A DNA stretch of 64,000 nt from Lingula anatina. Taxonomy: Eukaryota > Animalia > Brachiopoda. A model generated the notes under the pieces. That model did no database searches, was not told the DNA's origin, and saw nothing but the letters and a program-made list of their open reading frames with translations. Numbering within the stretch: position 1 is the first letter of the stretch; each line of letters starts with the position of its first letter. Positions 39,591 to 52,200 of this stretch are shown piece by piece. The translations under genes were made by a program, and so were the position numbers. The DNA lies in contig CM120643.1 of NCBI GenBank assembly GCA_051362555.1, positions 1,798,001 through 1,862,000 of the forward strand, read 5' to 3'.

Positions 39591-40781
39591 GTGCCCGTGA
39601 AATCTTAACAACCATATTAGTGTTGGAATTTTGGTTATTTCTCTTAGATGTTGGAAGTTGTGGCCATGTTTGAGCAGTAAAATTTTTAAAAAATTATTGG
39701 ATATACCCCCAGATCTCCAATTGTGAAACCACCAAAATCATGTCTTGTTGAGGGCCAATGAAACATGCGTGCTTTGTCAAGAAGCACTTTATCAAAAGAA
39801 ATACAATCCTTAAAATTGACCAAATTATTAATAATTTCTAACAGTTACAAAGTCAATTGACCATGGTGAGCGCCGGTTGTGGTGGAAAAAATCAGCAAAT
39901 CTTTTAACTGGCAATGTGCATCCTTGTTGTGACTAAAACAAAACAGCACATTCAAGTAAATCACTTTATTTTTCAAAAAAAAAAGTCTTAAAAGTGAGCA
40001 ATTTCATCATAAAATCTTTATGCACATGCTAACAGGCATTTTAACAACTGGCCGGACACTCCTAGAACCCCATGGCTCTAGTTAAACTAAGTAACTGGTA
40101 CATCACACATATTATAATACCAATGGACACATCTTATTTCTATTTAGAAGAATTGCATAATAAAAACAGTCAGATGGGGCATATGTCATCATAACATCAA
40201 CTGCATACCGACATCTGTAATAAAATGACATGGGCCACAAACGGGTATTTACTCGAGCTCAGTAAAAAAAAAGTTTGCCATTTTGCAACCAACTTTGGTT
40301 CAAAATTGCAGAAGTAAAAGGGATTGTCATGGTCTTCCATACATGGATGAAAAGGTTTCAGGATTGTGCCTGATTTCAGAATTTTTAGTTTTCATTTTCT
40401 TCTTTTTGTTTCCTATGGTCTAAAAGCACTGAGAAATTGCAAGCTTTGATTTTCAGTTTGTACGACTTTACCCATGTCAATATTCTTTAATTGATAACCT
40501 GTCAAATTGTTCAAAAGCACACGACCAGCAAAATAATTATCAATTTGCAAGAACTGAATATCACTTTTTATATTTTTGGTTGCCAAAGAAAATGAAGTGG
40601 ACTATAAATTTAACCTACTTTATATGGTATTAATATTTTCTAATTCAGAACCCTGCGTGATGAAAAAATCCCACAACCACTTAAGGCGTCAAAATCCTGC
40701 AACTGATATCTCTAAAACAATTTTTGAATATTTGGTAATAACATAATAATCAACAATAGCATGTAAGTCCCAAAAAGTCCA

Positions 40782-43700
40782 TCATTTGCCAAGGGTAGCC
40801 CAGTTCCAAGGAATACATAGCTCTCCTTCATAGTTCACGTCGTAATACTGCGACACCTGTATGTGACCACCAGGCAACGGTCGGTTAATTTCCCTCGGCT
40901 CTCGTAACAAGGCTTCACAACACACCACCATCTGCTCAGAAGACACACTGATGTCCTTCACTAAACTGGCCAACTGAAATTCTCTCTGACACTCCGCGAT
41001 TAAAGATTCTTCCTTTTCCCTGAGCCTGTCAAGAAATATATTAAAATTAGCAATAAAGTTACACAAAAGAGTAGAATCAGCATCACAAAGAATAAAATCA
41101 TGAATTATGTCATGATAATTAATGAATTAACATCCTGTTTATAAAAGAAATAAGAAAATGGCTGCCTATACATGTGTGATCATAGGCATCACTGTACCTT
41201 ATTCATGTATACCAAAAAATTCCCTTTTATGCAGCAATTCACTTCTGAAGAAGACTACAAAGACCAAAATGGGTCTTTAAAAGTCACATTAAATTGATTT
41301 TCTGCTCTAAAAAGAATGAGCAATAAGTAAGCCATCTAAACTATGTTATCCATTCCCATATACAGATAGCCAACCTGCAAATAGGACATTTCACCCACTG
41401 AGGGAGCAATAAACCAGTTGATCACTGGAGTAACTAGTCCATGGATCAAATATGGCGCAACCCACTTGGAAGCATGTACCAGAATTAATTGCTCTTCCCC
41501 TGCTGGGACGGTGTGCTGGAGGGGCAGGGAATCAATTATGTTATTGTTAGGGGATATATGGCTTGCTTTCAAGTGTGCGCCATTTTTGATCCACGGACTA
41601 GTTAGTTTGCAGGTCGTGAATGCAGCTTCACATTCATCAAAAACTCTTTGCCATCACTGACTACCTCTGGTGAGTTGCCTTGGTCTGTCTGGCTACTCCA
41701 GTCTTGTCTTTCAAGAAGGTCAGCAGACGTTCCGGACTGACCCCCATTGGCACCACGAATGACCCCGTAGTGGACACGGACAGAGAGCCTGACAACCTGG
41801 AGATACAAATATAGAATGCATGATTGGTCAGGTGAGCCTGTATATATTAATAATAATAGAATGTCTGAGACAACCTATCAATTAAATGTATTTAATACTA
41901 TCTGAAACACTGTCATTTAACAGATTGAGAGGAGAGAAAAGCTGATAATCTGTAAATACTACAGGAAACTACTTTGGTACATTTCTGCAGGTGTCAAACA
42001 TAAAAACAGTTCAGATAAATGAAGAATCTTTTGTGTCATTAATAAAGTAGTTTCCTCAAACATAATTTATATTCAAATGACATATATTATATTATATAAT
42101 AATGATACATTATAATAAAAGTCCTTTAAAGGGATAATAACTCTTCGTATGAGATCTATATTTCACAATAAAAACATTGTGAATAACTCATAGAAATATA
42201 ATATATTCTGTTTTACCACAAAAACGGCAGTTATAGCTATTATTCTGATATCTGAGCTTGTCTTTAGACCACGTGACCTCCATTGATGGCCATAGTCTGT
42301 TAAAATCTCTTAAGAGATTTTAACAAAAAACCAAACTTTTTAGAAAAAAACCAGGGACTAACTTTGAATGTAAAAATGGATTCATTAACCATTGGTAAGT
42401 ATACGAAAATTGTTGTTTACTCCAGGAAAATTCATTTTTTGGCCGAAACGAAGAGTTATTATCCCTTTAAGTTAAACTGTCCTCATCATCAAATGCGTAA
42501 AACCTTTTATTTTTGAATTCTCAGTTTTAACCTTACCCTTCAAGCACCATATCTAAATCAGTCATTTCTTCAGGAAGAAGTTCCTTGACTCCGATCTCTG
42601 TTTTATACTGTCTCAGCATCTCCTCCAACATCATGACCCTATTGTAATATTCGTGGACTAATACTATACGTGCAGCACCTTTATGACGAGGTAGAACTCT
42701 CAGTCCATGTAACAGCTTGCTCAGCTTCTCTTCTGCTATCCGGACATTTTTTTCAAATCCTTCTTTGTACTCGTTGAGCGAGGAGAGAAGCTAAAAAGTA
42801 GAAATGGAGATCAATCTTAGGCTGTATTCCCAGAGCTTTTAGATCGATCTATCCCCGCGGGGAGTCTCACTAGATAACTGTCAGATAATCCGGCTTAAAT
42901 GTCCGTCCCGCCTACTACAAGCTGTAAGGGGGTAATTAACTTTCGTGTCCGCTTGGCTGACAGCTATTTAGCGTGAACCCCCAGGGAGTTAGGTCGATCT
43001 AAAGTAGATCGATCTAATCTCTGGAAATGGGGTCTTAGAACAAAATTAATAAATAAATTAATTAATTAATAAACAAGTAATAAACAAGTGCTTTTTACCA
43101 AATCTTTTCTTTCACATTCACTGAACAGGATTTCAAAAACGGATACCAAAATTGAAAATTATCTTCATGTTATAAATAATAAATCTCTCTAACAGCTCTG
43201 ATATATTATCACAACACATTAATACACTATAAATTAGATCCTTTTTTCTTTTCTCCCTTTATTATTTGTAGTCCACTCCAACAAATATGCTGGGATACAG
43301 AATTCTACAGGAGCATTCCATTATTATAACTTTTAAATGACCCCTACTGTATGCAGCCTTATAAATGGACTACCACTACCACCAGATCTTTTAGCACTAA
43401 CACCCACATTAACTACATAACCCATGGATTAACCAACACATCGTGAAAGTATTTGCCACTACCATGTCAAAATCTTTTCAACAATAACTTAAGATCTTCA
43501 ATATCTTCTCTGAACATCTCAAGAAATAAAACTGAGGAAGTTCAATAACATTAATGACAGGAACTTTTCAACCATGATCACATAAACACATGTATCAATA
43601 TCTCTCCTCACCACCTATCAATGTTCGATATTATCTTCTTGAAGCCACATTCTTCCTGAACTATACTACCCAGTACTTTATCTACTCCAACATAAAAATT

Positions 43701-43863
43701 GACTTATGACACCCAATGTGAACTTGAGGTCAACCTACGTGTATCCAATCATTGGGGACGTCTCTGGCGTCTAGGATCACATGACCTTCCACGCACATCC
43801 CTGTGGCCTCCGCAAACACCAGCACATGACCTGGAGGAGTAGGAAATAACTGGTATTAATTGA

Positions 43864-43945
<82 letters not shown>

Positions 43946-46665
43946 TTGGAATGTCACTGTTCTATATTCATGAAATGTTTATATACTGCAAAGTATTACT
44001 ACTAAAAACGAAAATAATATAAACAAAATATAACTGCTGTCATGGTAAAAATATATACCTTTTAAATTATTACGAATATGAACATTTCTTTCACACATTC
44101 TTCTAAAGCTGACGATGCAACCCTTCAGATAACGATCGCTCCAAATACAATTCCACTGGACATCAGCCAATCCAAACTCTTCACAGAGGGCAGCACATAT
44201 CTCTGCGTTATACTTCTTCATTGCATCATGTAACTGCTGGTTGCTCTGTGCTTTTAATACATTGGCCCTTAGCCAACTTCTACACAGGGAAATCAAAAAT
44301 AGAAATGTTAACTATATATATCAAAGTCCACACAAACATTGTGTATATTGTGTATTTGCCACTAAAGTGTGGGCTGAAACTTTTTTTAAATTGTGACTGG
44401 TCTGACAACTTTAAAAACTTTCAAAAATCTTTGAAAGATCAGAACAAAAATGGAGCTGTAACCCCTGCTATAGACTTGCATGTCAAATTTCAAAAATTAA
44501 AACTTTTTTTTTCATGTACATTACCTTATAATCATGATTCTTTAAATATATTTCTAGGATTTTCTTTTTTTTTTTTTTCATTTTTGAAATTTGCTTTTAT
44601 TGATATCCACCCATGGCACACCTGAGAGAAAGGTTCATCTTCATTTTTCTGAAGTACGCACTGTTGGGGTTATCTGGCCCATACATCCGTAAGAACTCAT
44701 TGCTGTAATCTCTGGCTGTGTACTGACTCTGGGTTGGCTTGTCTTGTCTGACCTTTGACCTTCTGTCCTTGATCTGGTGTAAAAAGTCCAATGGCAGCTG
44801 ACATGTCTGCAGTACGCTCTCCACTGTCTTATACATATCATTGCTCAGTAATGGCGTGGTCACCATCCTGAAACCTGAGAGACAAATGACAAATAATCAA
44901 CAAATAGAATGCATTCACTGCAGATGATCCTCATATCTACTGATCTGCTGACCAAATATGGCAATCCCTACATGAATATTAAGTTTGTTAAATAATATTA
45001 TTCAAACCAGTTTAAATTTAAATTTGTTAAAAGGATAAAACAATTTAAAACACTTTCAAAAAATAACTGAATTAAAAAAAATTTTTTACAAGAAAAAACA
45101 ACAGCACCTGCATTGGCAGAATTGCTTCCTTTCTTCCCTTCTCTGACATAGAAAGTTATTCTCCTAGGCTGGAACGTCTGTCCAATCTGAATGTTGTCCA
45201 ACAATTCCCTGAGCTGCTTCAGAGACTCTTCATTGACTGCCTGGAGAAAACAGTGGGTAAGAAAATTAAAATTTGTCATTTTACTGGAAAACAGTAGTTA
45301 CAACAATAAGGGCATTTTTCAAGACCCCCATTCAGAATAGAGGACTAGCTAGTCCGAGGGTCAAATATGGCCGACCCACTTGAATACTTCCCCACAGGAT
45401 ATGTATTCAGTGTCTATTACTGTCCAGATTAGACGGCAAGCTTTGTAGTGAGTCAGCCATATTTGACCCTTGGGCTAGTTAGTCCCCTATTCTGAATGGG
45501 GCCAATAACTTCAAACTTAGAAATAAGCTCTAAATATAAATAATATTACCCTAAACCAAACAAAATATACTCATATGAAAAAAATTTTTTCGTTTAAGAA
45601 GAATTATTTTGGTATAATTATACAGAAACATTCAGATAAACAACTCTTCCTTTTCTCACACACAAACCAGATCATAACTGAGCTTGTTCACTTTAACTCA
45701 AGTTCTCACCCTTTCTCTGGGATGTTGCCCAAACAGGTCCGGGTGCACCACAAAATAAAATGGCCTCAGTGCTATAGCTGCTTCACCAGCTGTCAAGAAA
45801 CTGCGATGACCACATCTGATTCCTGCAGCAACAGAAATATTAACTCCAAATGATGGGGTCGGAGAGCTCCTAACATGAAAGAAACAAGCACCATCTGAAT
45901 GTTATCATGTGCCATGCCAAATAGATGACATAACATGAATGAAAAGAAGCAAATGTTTTATTTCAAAACATTCTCAAATGATATAAATGCATCTAGAATA
46001 ATGGGATGTTTAAAAGCAAGTGAACAGCATGAGAATCTTTGAATTGTTATAATCAACTAATATATGTTCACAAACAGCGAGATGCTGGAATGAAAACTAT
46101 ACCTTTTAATACATCAATCTCTCAAGTTTATGTTTTGAACCTCAAATGAATCTTCGGTTTCCCATATTATTGAAATAATTTCTTTTTTATTTAATTTTAT
46201 TTATTTGTTTGCATTTCTGAACAGTAAGCAGAAGTATACATACACATATGAGACTTCAACCTTTCTTTAGAACGTTCTTTTTTTTCTTTCTTTTTTTCTG
46301 GGGGGGGGAGGGGCTGTAATTATGTAATATATAACTTGCACATACGTTCATCAACTTTTATGTTTACTCTAAGTGTTCATTAAAAAATTGATTTTAAAAG
46401 GTGCAATTGAAATTATTGAAATTAACGCCATTGAATGAAACTGAAGAAGCAGAAAGAGTTATAGGAATACTAATTATCGTTATATCTAAAAATAGTAAAA
46501 TAGGCACGTGAGGGGTCTGGGTAAATTCCCAGCCAAGACAAGTCTTCCGATCGATGTTTTTGGTTGAAGTTTGGATGGTTTTTCTGATTACCTGCAGAAA
46601 GCATCTGCTCCTCTCTTGACAAGACCGATTCTTGACCAAGTGGCATGGCGGAGCACCATCAACAT
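40782..46665 (-). CDS. TCAIM: T-cell activation inhibitor, mitochondrial (TCAIM) homologue, 9 exons
   Basis: Exons 46665-46592, 45869-45710, 45240-45108, 44874-44622, 44279-44059, 43830-43739, 42790-42537, 41796-41665, 41025-40782, all in phase. Arg-rich presequence-like start, ALRPFYFVVHPDLFGQHPRERAVNEESLKQL, GHVILDARDVPNDW, C-terminal GELCIPWNW. Confidence 0.9.
41425..41627. mobile_element. Harbinger-type MITE family B-like
   Basis: Inverted repeat taactagtccatggatcaaatatggcgca / tgcgccatttttgatccacggactagtta. Confidence 0.65.
42130..42466. mobile_element. Kolobok-type non-autonomous element
   Basis: TTAA|agggataataactcttcg ... cgaagagttattatccct|TTAA: perfect 18-bp TIR; internal gaccacgtgacc motif also present in the 26.4-28.9 kb element. 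Confidence 0.85.
42820..43034. mobile_element. PIF/Harbinger-type MITE, family A copy 3
   Basis: Similar to 13831-14055; TSD TTA; lies ~30 nt from a TCAIM splice acceptor. Confidence 0.85.
43866..43940. repeat. Compound (GT)n(GA)n microsatellite
   Basis: Direct observation. Confidence 0.95.
45323..45502. mobile_element. Harbinger-type MITE family B (intact)
   Basis: CAA|gacccccattcagaatagaggactagctagtccgagggtcaaatatggc ... gccatatttgacccttgggctagttagtcccctattctgaatggggc|CAA. Confidence 0.85.
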
Positions 46666-46699
46666 AGCTACATAGGACAGGAAAGAGACGCTTACATCT

Positions 46700-46900
46700 C
46701 GTTTTTAGCAGCAGAGAAACGCTGTCTTCTCTCTCGCGTTTAAACACAACACACTTTTCGGTTCTCCTTTTCATCGAGAATTTCTGAGCAGGCGCAGTTC
46801 TTAGCCGAAAACATGCTTCCGGTTTGGCGCTTTTTTCATCACTGAGAAACCAAAACCTAAATTATATGTTGTAAATAACATTTAACATATTCTTAAGGTA
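46700..46900. promoter_or_regulatory. Putative bidirectional promoter TCAIM/NUP93
   Basis: ATGs 658 bp apart on opposite strands; adjacent ETS-like CTTCCGG (46816-46822) and E2F-like TTTGGCGC (46823-46830). Confidence 0.6.
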
Positions 46901-47323
46901 AATCAGATACTTGTATGTTGATACTTACTTAATATGGGAAAAATATGTTTATTTTGTAATTCAAAAATGAGTTGTGTGCTTCTCGATTTCAGTGTAATGT
47001 TGTTAATATTGTTGTGCCTGTACTGCAGCACTATCAGATTTAATTTAAAATTACTTTTTGATTACTTTTCATATTATTACCTGAGTACTTTTCTCTTTAA
47101 TTTTATTGAAGCCTTTCCCTAAAAAATTATATCATGCTATTAGGTTTGAATTCCTTTTCGAATCCTGCAAATAATGACTTTGGGTCGTACATGTATTTGT
47201 GTTGAGATTGAAATTATACTGTGACAGTGAATGAGAAACGTTATTTGTTGTAATTTGTTTTCTAACAGTGAAAATCATGAAAATAATGATTTGCTAACTT
47301 ATTCAGTTTCAGTCGCCATCACC

Positions 47324-49189
47324 ATGGACGGGAGTGCAGGATTTGGCGACTTGCTGCAGCAGGCGGAGCAGCTGACGGCGGAGATGGATTGTGGGGCAGA
47401 GCTGCCCAAAGTGGAGAGAAGTATCCGTCAGATAATGGATGCTGGTCATCGCTTGCTGACCAGGACGGCTCAGACCAGCCAGGATGCCTCAGATGTCAAG
47501 GCGTAGGATACTTTCTAACCTAACACACAGAATATCACTGGGCCTCTGATGTTTAATAATTTTTGATATTTTTTTCTGATAACAAATGTAATTTTTTGAT
47601 AAATGCTTTTTACCAATTACCTGTGCTTATTCTTCCATCATTTTTTTCATTTCCCTCATTTCTCATTTTTTTTCAAAGCCGAGATTTCCAGGCTCAGCAT
47701 CATCTTGAACTAATGTAAATAAACATGTTTTCAAGGAGCCCTCAGTTATGTAAGATACCAGTACAGTAGCAATGGATTTCAGTAGCTGTCATATTTGCTA
47801 TGATATCTGTATGTTGTAAAGAACCAACTTCTTGTCTTTCAGATCAATATTACTGGGATCAAAAGGTTTTGACATTCCAAGAATTTCACAGAAACTGGAA
47901 GGTTTAAGTGCGGCAAGGACTTTTGAGCCTCTAGAACCAGTCCGAGACACTGACATCCATGGTTTTCTGAGGAATGAACGCGAAAATGCCCTGTTAACAG
48001 TCATAGAACAGACCAGAAAAAATGTAAGTTGACATCTGACTAGTTTGGGTTCTAAAAGCATTCACCTCAGCAAAATCCAGGTTTTCTTATAGCACGACTA
48101 TATTTTAAAAAAAGAATGTAAGAATTTTTGTTTGGCTAAATGTTGGGCTCATCATACCATGAAGAAATCATTTATTAACTACTCCACATATGATACTAGC
48201 TTGCCATGTAAGAGGGGTTTATTGACTTTTTATCATGCAGACATTGAAGGTGGCAGAGAGGAGACGTTGGCATAGCTTGGTTTTGTTTCACCTTCCTCTA
48301 TAATAAATGTAAACAGACACCACATGAATTTACTCCACATATAATATTAACTATTGTCTTTTATCCTGCAGACATTAGAGGAAGCAGAGAAGAGACACTG
48401 GGATAGTCTTGTTAATGAGTGGGAGAGAGAGAAACAGAAAATCCTCAATGCTCTGATAGGAACAGGACACGATACCCTAGACTTTCCACAGGAACAGGAG
48501 GTAGGAGGTAGTCTATCAGGGATTATAAACAAAGTAGTCATTCATGATCTTGAGGTCCAGGTTTATGAACGCAATCACTGAATTACAGACTCAAACTGAG
48601 ATTTCATGGTGCAACTGTAAAAATAGTGGTCACAAGCTCCTTGAGGCAAATCACAAACTGCTATACCGCTTACCTATCCATTCAGTTTTAAGATATACAT
48701 GTACATAATCTTCAAACATCCTAAGATTCCTGATATTAACTTAACATTTGTTCTAACAGAAATTGCAATTTTGACATTGATTAATGAAAATCCATGCACT
48801 AAACTTGTACTTGTTTGATTGATCATAATGAATATGGTTAGCATTTTATTTTGAAAATATAATTGTTGCCATGTCTTAGTTATTATGGATAATATAGCTA
48901 TACAGTATGTTAAGGTATATGTTATATGTTTTATTGTAGTCTATACTTGGTGACAGTATCAACATGCAGGGAAGAAGTGCCATGGATAATGTGGAGATGG
49001 CATATGCCAGACAAGTAAGATGCTCATTTTTTTACATATTATACAAAATATAATAGTTGTTGTCTTTGATAATTATCAGTCATAAAATAAGATGAATGTG
49101 GTAGATTTTGGTAATATAGCCTAAACTTTAAAAATATGAGATTTCTTTCTTTTTTCTGTCTTTCTTTCTTTCTTACTTACTTACTGTAT

Positions 49190-49244
<55 letters not shown>

Positions 49245-52200
49245 TTTTCAATCAAAATAATACAATTTCCTTGCAGGTCTACCAGTACAATGAGCAGATA
49301 GTTCAGGGAGGCATCAGACCCAGCCTGGTGGACATGTTTGCTGAGGTGGGAAACAAACTAGATGACGATGTGAGTAGCTTTAGCTTTTAGTAACTTACTT
49401 GAATTGTAATATTATAGCATGTCAGTGTTTATGATGTTTTCGAGTGGAAGTCCTCTTTTTTAACTATTGATGTCTTTCAGAATGTAGCAATTGTTCTATT
49501 TTTTTGAAAGTTAAGATTATTCATCCTACTGTTTGAAGATATCTTTTTGTTATTTGGAAAACAATGTCTGCAGTTTCAATTTGATTTTAGGAACAAAAGA
49601 ATTTTTTTGTCTGAGAGCATTCATTCATTAGTCATAGGTAGAACATGATGTTTTCAGCTGTGAAATGTCTGTAACTCTTTGAATCTAGAATATATCAGAA
49701 ATCTGGAGGATGGTGAAATTGATGACTGATGTTCCCATGGCAACCAGTAGTAGCATTATCTCGTCCCGCAGCACCCAGAGGATGCAGACGGCATTTGTTA
49801 ACCAAGCCAAGAAATACCTGGAACAAAGGTATGGTGTGACCCTCCTTATTAAGTCCAGTCAGACTGGTGTTAACTAAAGACCGTTTTATATCTTAATCAT
49901 GCCACCAGACCAATTTAAACAGTATTAAAAGTAACATTTTTTCTGTTTACAGTGCTGCAAAAAGGAAATGCATGACTGAAAGACTTTGAGATATAGAGTT
50001 GAAATGAGTGAATGAAAGATTATATTATTATCATATATACCAGGTACTCAATTTGCAGAGAATTAATTAACTTATGCACCTTAAAACTTTTTTTAGAGTG
50101 AAAAAGGTGTTTAAAATATATGTGTATGAATATCTGTTATTGTTACATACCACATGCAACCCACAAATCTGATTCCCTCCGTGTCTCCCTCCTCTCACTG
50201 TTCCTCCATCTTCCAGCTACCACAAGTACATCACAGCCACTGTGTATGGGAACCTGCAGCAGGCCCAGCTAGGAGGAGTGCCAGGGACTTACCACCTGGT
50301 CAGGAGTTTTCTTAACGTCCGTCTGCCACACTCCACTCCAGGACTAGAGGTATGCTTTGATGTTTTGCTGGGTGAAACTGTGGATTGTTTAGCGAGTCAC
50401 CCTTTTTGCAGCTGTTTTGATGTTTTTGTTACACAGAAGCTAAAATGGCCTTCTTCTTCTAAAGCAGTGTTTTGTATAGACATAGAAATGACTTCTTTTT
50501 CTTTTTGTATAAGTTTAAAATGACCCCAAAATAGACATTTCTTACTTATAGCTCTAGTTTAAAATGACCCCAAAATTGAAGATTTGATGCATTTGTCATT
50601 TGTTACATTTTGCATCTTCAGTCCTAGATGGTGCCCTTATTATTTTAAGATGGGTGTAGTGTTTCATTTGCTAATTGTCATATTCTGTGTTTTATTATAT
50701 TGTCAGTATCCGTATTGTGTGTGTTACTATTTCTGCTGTGGTGACATTACTGATAATTGTTATATTGTGTGTTATAATTGTTATATTGGGTGGTATAATT
50801 GTTATATTGTGTGTTATATTGTTTGTTACAATTGTTATATTGTGTTGTAATTATTATATTGTGTGTTATAATTCCAGGATGGTATAGTAGATGGACACCC
50901 AGTGTGGGCTATGATGTATTACTGTATTCGCTGTGGTGACCTCAATGCAGCTCTCCATGTGGCACAACAGGCTCAGTGAGTTGACCTTCTTTGCTAAGTG
51001 TTGACCTTTGTTGGCCTTCACTTTGTTTGTTAGTCTACCAGTATTTAGAACAGTAACTGACTTTTAAATCATTTTCTTTTTTGATTGTATTTTATTTCTT
51101 ATCAGTTAAACAAATGGCTTGTTTGATTGTTAATCATGATACCTGAATTTCATGCAAATTAAACAAGCTGATGCTGAAATGTTTGCTTTTTTGGGGTCTT
51201 TTTCAGACAAAATATAGGAGAATTTATTGTGTTTCTCCAAGAATATATGAAAAATGAAGATAGAAGGTTTGTTTATCCAAGATCCACTTTTTACTTGAAA
51301 AAAATGAGATAAATTTAAAATAAATTTCACTGTACTTTCATTGTACTCAGCAATACGAAGCTGCCAATATACAAATTACATCTAAGATATATGATAATTT
51401 TAAAATTTGTTGATGATTGGTAGAAGATGATCTGATTTTATGTTGAAACTTATTTACATTCATCTTATTTATCCAATACTTAAGGTTAAGTCCTAACAGT
51501 GAAACAAAGTTACGTCTCCAGTACAGACGCTCAGTGCGGACAAGTACTGACCCTTATAAAAGGTAAGTATGGTCGAGAATTCTGATAACATCTAATGCTT
51601 GTGGCTGGTAGTTTATGCATTCTGATAGTTGGTTTGACATGTGGTGTTAGACATGATCAGGCATAACTGCTTTTAATTTGAATTCAACATAAATTTTTTT
51701 TCTTTAGTAGTTTTCTGACTTACATATTAGTAGTTTCTGACTTAAATGACTCCAGGACCCTCAAAAATTCGGACACGGAGCCATTCCTTGTTTTTTTTTT
51801 CCTTACAACCCAAATCTTGTCTGCATAACATTGTCCTTACAATATCCCCCCCCCCGTCCTTATAAATGTTGTAGTCATCCTCCATCTATTTCCAGGGCTG
51901 TATTTTGTATCATTGGATGCTGCGACTTCTCTGATGTTCACTCCGAGGTGGCAGAGAAAACAGAAGATTACTTGTGGATTAAACTGAGTCAGATCCGATT
52001 TGGGGATGATGCAGAATCTGAGGAGGGGGGAAGTACACAAGATACACTCACCCTCCCTCAGTTTCAAACCACCTTATCTGAGGAGTATGGTATGATAGAG
52101 AATTGGAATTTTGTTTTTGTTTTGTTTTGATTATGTACATGAAACAAACATTACATCAGGTACTTTATATCAAGCCTTACTCTGTCATTTATTTTGTTGA

